Of a stretch of 64,000 nucleotides of DNA, positions 59,744-64,000 are shown piece by piece. The number at the start of each line of letters is the position of its first letter. Position 1 is the stretch's first letter. The stretch is taken from positions 960,001 through 1,024,000 of the forward strand of contig OZ219856.1 of assembly GCA_964291395.2 (NCBI GenBank), in the 5' to 3' direction. A program made the position numbers and the translations under genes. Under the pieces are notes generated by a model. That model saw nothing but the letters and a program-made list of their open reading frames with translations, did not search any database and was not told where the DNA came from. Source of the stretch: Alphaproteobacteria bacterium (GTDB lineage: Bacteria; Pseudomonadota; Alphaproteobacteria; UBA2966).

Positions 59744-61078
59744 CTAGTCGTCGCGGCGCGGGATGTTGGATCCCTTGTGCCACTTCTCGAAGTGGTTCTT
59801 GTGCGTGTGGATGTAGGCGCCTTCCTTGAAATACTGATCATAGAACTCCGTGTCGAGGTGGTGAGCCTGGATGAAGTAGAGCAGGTGCATGGTGTCGTTG
59901 TGAGCGGGGAACTTGCCGTACTCCTCGTAGATGTACCGGCAGATATCCTTGACGCACTCGACCCCTTCATCGGAAATGCCGGGCACCGCCTTTTCGAATT
60001 CCTCGTTGGAGACGGTGTGCGGCAGGGTCATGCCCCGGCGCTCCCAGTCGTCGAGTTTCTCGCCCATGCCGGCCACAGCCGCTTCCACCGCCGCGTCCAT
60101 ATCCTTGTAGTAAGGCGGGCAAAACCCCTCGAAGTAGCCGTCGAGGCCGACCGGGTTGGGGAACGGATCGTCCTTGGGCGTGACGAAACGGAAGCCCAGG
60201 CCCTTGCAGATCGGCGTGCCGCCCATGACCACGAGCGGCGTGAAGCCGCCATGCATCCAGCCCCCGATTCCCGTGGCGGCCATGGCGAGCTGCATGAGCT
60301 GCCCCATCATGGCGCCCTCGGCGCAGAGCCAGCTCACGATGATCTTCTCGAGACGGCCGAGCGGAAGAACCTTGTTGCGGTCGAGCAGGCCCTTGTCGGC
60401 CCACTTCTCGCAGCCCGCCGGCTTCATGCCCCGGCGCTCGTCACAGATATAGTAGCCGCCGCCCTTGACGTAGCGCGCGCCGCCCCTGGTGTCGCACATG
60501 TTGACCGTCAGGCGGATGAGATCCTGGCTGATGTCCGTAACCGGCATGAACAGGGTGGTGCCGGGCCGGTTGGTAACCCAGAGATTGTGGGCGAAGAGAC
60601 CGGGTTCCGCCTGAGGCAGATCGAACCGCCCGTCGGACAGCTTGACGGTGTGGTCCCGGTAGAAGTTCCAGACTTTGTCCCGATCTTCGACGGTTTCGTA
60701 CTCCTTCATCTTGCTCATCTTCGCCTTGTCGGCCTGATAAAGGTAAAGCCCGTCGTCGTTGGTGAAGAACAGCAACGTCCTGTGGGCGCCGACCGCGCTC
60801 GGATGCGTGCGCCCGACCGACTTCACCATGCCGCCCTGGGTGTCGCCCTCGCAAAGAATGGCACCCGTCGTGCCGCAGGCCGCCGCCACGAGGACTGCGG
60901 TTTCCTCCTCGGAGAGCGGATAGGGCTCGTAAGGCGATTTGTGGACGAAGGGGCCGTGGGTGAGCTCCATGCCGAAGCCGAATCGCCGCGAGCGCCGGCT
61001 GGTGAGGGCCTCGAACAGAGGAAAGTCCCAGACCTCCTCGAACTCCGGCAAAACGCTGAATTTGGGATCGTCAGTCAT
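59744..61078 (-). CDS. conserved-looking hypothetical protein, 444 aa, probable nitroreductase-like FMN-binding fold
   Basis: LFEALTSRRSRRF (RRSxRxF), PLSEEE..L..AA, RTHPSA, and EGAMMGQLMQLAMAATGIGGWMHGG (the QN..LAA..LGLG-type helix); SD GGAGG. Confidence 0.6.
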   Translation of the reverse strand: MTDDPKFSVLPEFEEVWDFPLFEALTSRRSRRFGFGMELTHGPFVHKSPYEPYPLSEEETAVLVAAACGTTGAILCEGDTQGGMVKSVGRTHPSAVGAHRTLLFFTNDDGLYLYQADKAKMSKMKEYETVEDRDKVWNFYRDHTVKLSDGRFDLPQAEPGLFAHNLWVTNRPGTTLFMPVTDISQDLIRLTVNMCDTRGGARYVKGGGYYICDERRGMKPAGCEKWADKGLLDRNKVLPLGRLEKIIVSWLCAEGAMMGQLMQLAMAATGIGGWMHGGFTPLVVMGGTPICKGLGFRFVTPKDDPFPNPVGLDGYFEGFCPPYYKDMDAAVEAAVAGMGEKLDDWERRGMTLPHTVSNEEFEKAVPGISDEGVECVKDICRYIYEEYGKFPAHNDTMHLLYFIQAHHLDTEFYDQYFKEGAYIHTHKNHFEKWHKGSNIPRRDD

Positions 61079-61316
61079 TGCTTTCCTCCGTCTGGGGTTT
61101 CGGTTCACGGGCGGCGCGCCGGAAGATCAGCGTGACGATTCCGAAGAGGACGCCCGGCCTCAGCAGTTTTCCGAGAACGGTGAGGAGCTCGGGACCGGTG
61201 ATGTAGGTCCTGGCGTCCCACACCCCCATACGTCCGACCATGACGAGGTGGCGGCCTTCGATCTCGAACCCCTCTATCGAGATATCGAACTCACCGGCCA
61301 TCGACTTGATGATCAC
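61071..61316 (-). CDS. small hypothetical protein (81 aa)
   Basis: SD GAGGAG plus GTG; its stop overlaps the next ATG (ATGACTGA); beta-rich N-terminus, amphipathic/hydrophobic C-terminus. Confidence 0.7.
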   Translation of the reverse strand: MIIKSMAGEFDISIEGFEIEGRHLVMVGRMGVWDARTYITGPELLTVLGKLLRPGVLFGIVTLIFRRAAREPKPQTEESND

Positions 61317-61519
61317 GCTGCGACTCCTCTCTGAGTTGTCGCGGGTCCCGGGGACCCGCTTGCCTCGACTCGATACGGCACCGCCGCCGCCGCCGGGCCG
61401 CGGTGCGGCGAGAGTTTAGGGGCAAGACCGTCCCGAGGCCAAGCCGTCCGTCGCTGGCCGTCGCCGGAGAGACCCGATAGGATGCCGCCGCGACGCAACG
61501 GCCGGCGAAGGGCGCCCGC

Positions 61520-62623
61520 TTGGATTACAGTACGTTCATGATGCCTCTCCATGACATGGAGCGGGATTATACGAAGGTCCTCAAGGAAGACCGCGAGGCG
61601 GTCATTCTCGCGGACGAGCTCGGGTTCAAAGAGGCCTATATCGGCGAACACGTCTCGGACCGGACGGAGCCGATCACGTCATGCACGCTTTTCCTCGCGA
61701 CACTCATGGATGCCACGCAGAACATCAAGTTGGGCTCCGGGACCGTCAACTTGCCCAACAGCCATCCGGCCCAGGTGGCCGCCCAGGTCGCGATGCTCGA
61801 TCACCTGCTCGAGGGTCGGTTCATGTTCGGCATCGGACCCGGGGGGCTGCGTTCGGACATGGAGGTGTTTGAGAACATTGACCGGGACCGCGCCGCCATG
61901 TTCATCGAGTCGATCGAGCACATTCTCGCCATTTGGGCGGGGGACCCGCCCTATAACCTGAAAGGCGAGTTCTGGAACATCAGCACGGAACGCACACTGG
62001 CGCCCGAGGTGGGGCAGGGAATCTTCGTCAAACCATACCAGCAGCCGCATCCGCCCATCGTCGTCACGACGATCGCTCCGAATTCCAAGGGACTGATGAA
62101 GACGGCGGAACGCGGTTGGCTGCCGCTGTCGTCGAGCTTTGTTCAGCCCGAGATCGTCGCTACGCATTGGCCGATGTATGCCCGGGGTCGGCGGAACGTC
62201 GGTGCCGAGCCGAGCGTCTCCGAATGGCGAGTCGGCAAGAGTATTTTCGTCGCTGACGACGAGGTGACGGCGCGGAGCTACGGCAAGGGCCTGGACGGTC
62301 CCTACGCGTATTACTTCAAGACGATCATGGGAAAGCTCGTCAGCGCGGGCCGTATCGGCACCTTCAAGGCCGATCGATCGATGCCTGACGAGGACGTCAC
62401 GCTGGAATGGGTCGTCGACTCGCTCGTCATCGCGGGCACCGTCAACAGCGTCGTCGACCAGATCCTGGCCTTCCGGGAAAGAACCGGAGATTTCGGGCAA
62501 CTGGTCTATTGCGGCCACGACTGGCTGGACGCCGATCTCGGCAAGCGCTCCATGCAGCTGTTCGCGGAAGAGGTCATGCCGCGGGTCAATGCCGCCATCC
62601 GCGAGTCCGCTGCGGCGGAGTAG
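61520..62623 (+). CDS. LLM class flavin-dependent oxidoreductase
   Basis: FMMP.H, ADELGF.EA..GEH, IKLG.G..NLP..HP, KPYQQPHPPI, LFAEEVMP. Confidence 0.88.
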   Translation: MDYSTFMMPLHDMERDYTKVLKEDREAVILADELGFKEAYIGEHVSDRTEPITSCTLFLATLMDATQNIKLGSGTVNLPNSHPAQVAAQVAMLDHLLEGRFMFGIGPGGLRSDMEVFENIDRDRAAMFIESIEHILAIWAGDPPYNLKGEFWNISTERTLAPEVGQGIFVKPYQQPHPPIVVTTIAPNSKGLMKTAERGWLPLSSSFVQPEIVATHWPMYARGRRNVGAEPSVSEWRVGKSIFVADDEVTARSYGKGLDGPYAYYFKTIMGKLVSAGRIGTFKADRSMPDEDVTLEWVVDSLVIAGTVNSVVDQILAFRERTGDFGQLVYCGHDWLDADLGKRSMQLFAEEVMPRVNAAIRESAAAE

Positions 62624-62639
62624 TACCCCAAGCGGGGGA

Positions 62640-62734
62640 TGGCGGAAGAGAGTGGGAGTTGAACCCACCAGGAACGCTGAGCGCCCCAGCACGGGTTTGA
62701 AGCCCGGCCGCCCCACCGGAGACGATTCCCTTCC
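62640..62734 (-). tRNA. selC: tRNA-Sec (anticodon TCA)
   Basis: 95 nt GGAAGGGAATCGTCTCCGGTGGGGCGGCCGGGCT-TCA-AACCCG...GGTTCAACTCCCACTCTCTTCCGCCA; long variable arm, encoded CCA, directly downstream of selB. Confidence 0.96.
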
Positions 62735-62756
62735 GCAGTCACCCGGCCTCGGCCTG

Positions 62757-64000
62757 TCATGCGTCCAGGCTTTCGAACGCATCGGCCGCCGGTTTCAGCA
62801 CCGTCCGCTCGTCTCCGATGCGGCGGGTGAAACCGGATCTATCAAAGAATTCCAGTACTTCGATCGTCAAGTTCCTTCCCAGCGCCGTCGCATCTCGGAA
62901 CATGCGCGCCGTGAAGCGCCGGTTGGGTGAGCCCGCGGCCACCCGCTCGGCGGTTCCCGCCAATTGCCGCACCATGGCCGGAGTCATGAAGCGATTTCGG
63001 GAGACCTGGACAGCGAGTCCCTGGCGGCCCAACCTGACGAGGAATTGCTCCAGGGTCCGGGGGGGCATTTCCAAGCTGGTCGCCAGGTCGGGAACCGACG
63101 GCGGGCGTCCTTGATCCGCTTCGAGCAGCGGCGAGATCCTGTCCCAGAGGGCCGCGTCTTTGGGTGGAAGGGCGGTCCGGTGGCCCGCCTGCCGGAGGCG
63201 GCCCGCTTCGCGGACGATCGTGCCGGACGTCACGAGGTCTTCGACGGCCGCCTCGAACAGCGCCCGGCCGAAATCCGAGCCCGCTGCCGCCCGCAGTTGG
63301 TCGAGAGGGATTCCTTGGCTGTCCGACGCGCCGGCGTGGTGGCCGGCGATGGCCTTCGCGATGCCGGATTGGGCCTGCTCCCAGCTCTCCCGTGCGACCG
63401 CGGTTCCCGCGCCGGCGGTCTTCGCGACGACGGTGCCCGCGCGGTGGGCTGCATCGGCGACATCTGATTTGGACAGGTTCCGCGCCACCGCGAAGCGGTC
63501 CAGGTCGATGCCTTGCGACGACGCGGCGCACATTCCCCGGAGGGCCTTCTCCGGATCGTCCTCGTCGGTCGCCTTGATCAGAGCCAAGCGTCCGGGGGTG
63601 CGGCGCCCGCGCCCCGGCGCGAAGGGATCGATCACGCGGCCGCCGCCGACCGTCCGGCGCGCCGACTGGTCCCGGATCACGAAACGATCTCCGAAAGCGA
63701 CGCTGGTCATGGAGTCGAGGACGATCTGCACCAGCCCGGCCTCGCCCGGCCGGAGGGAGCGGTCTTCGAGCAGGGCGACCCGGCCGGTCAGCGCCGCCGC
63801 TCCCACGTGGACATGCACGGGTGTCCAATGGCGGAGGGGGCGAGTCTCGCTCAAGAGGACCTTCAACCGCGCGTCGAACCGGCGAGTCGGAGAATCGAGC
63901 GCCGGAGCGACGAGCCAATCGCCACGCGCCACGGAGTCCCGCCCAAGTCCACGCCCGGTCAAATTGAGCGCGCAGCGCTGTCCCGCGGCACCCGAGGCGG
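62757..64000 (-). CDS. selB: selenocysteine-specific elongation factor, C-terminal part (runs off the window)
   Basis: GQRCALNL, RGDW, HW..VH.H.G, GDRFVIRD.SA..TVGGG.V.DP, winged-helix FRD...LGR..I.VLEFFD..GFT.R.GD.R. Confidence 0.93.
   Translation of the reverse strand, partial: ASGAAGQRCALNLTGRGLGRDSVARGDWLVAPALDSPTRRFDARLKVLLSETRPLRHWTPVHVHVGAAALTGRVALLEDRSLRPGEAGLVQIVLDSMTSVAFGDRFVIRDQSARRTVGGGRVIDPFAPGRGRRTPGRLALIKATDEDDPEKALRGMCAASSQGIDLDRFAVARNLSKSDVADAAHRAGTVVAKTAGAGTAVARESWEQAQSGIAKAIAGHHAGASDSQGIPLDQLRAAAGSDFGRALFEAAVEDLVTSGTIVREAGRLRQAGHRTALPPKDAALWDRISPLLEADQGRPPSVPDLATSLEMPPRTLEQFLVRLGRQGLAVQVSRNRFMTPAMVRQLAGTAERVAAGSPNRRFTARMFRDATALGRNLTIEVLEFFDRSGFTRRIGDERTVLKPAADAFESLDA

Overview
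High-GC bacterial chromosome segment, most likely an alphaproteobacterium (alphaproteobacterial-type RpsD and CheY N-termini). It is mostly accessory catabolic and transport genes, with a few core genes: putA, rpsD, selB (partial) and tRNA-Sec. The left 9 kb is a rearrangement hotspot. It holds a hicAB module between two identical 51-bp hairpin repeats and a 415-bp duplication of a sulfatase 3' end. That duplication brackets one full IS3-family element, two orphan IS3 right ends, a DUF1538 pair, a USP gene and a tyrosine-integrase relic. Next come a sulfatase/ABC importer/cupin/divergent Mo-oxidoreductase neighbourhood with vapBC, and a GntR-regulated sugar-acid-like catabolic block. The rest has four luciferase-like monooxygenases, a CehA/McbA-like hydrolase, CinA, TctABC, several MFS transporters and a haloacid dehalogenase. 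The best candidate for an undescribed system is a tightly coupled three-gene operon (58.6-61.3 kb): an 81-aa unknown protein, a 444-aa nitroreductase-fold-like protein and a stand-alone GcvT-like folate enzyme. Five single-base frameshifts all sit at short homopolymers and may be sequencing errors. Product calls come from motif recognition by eye; no searches were run.
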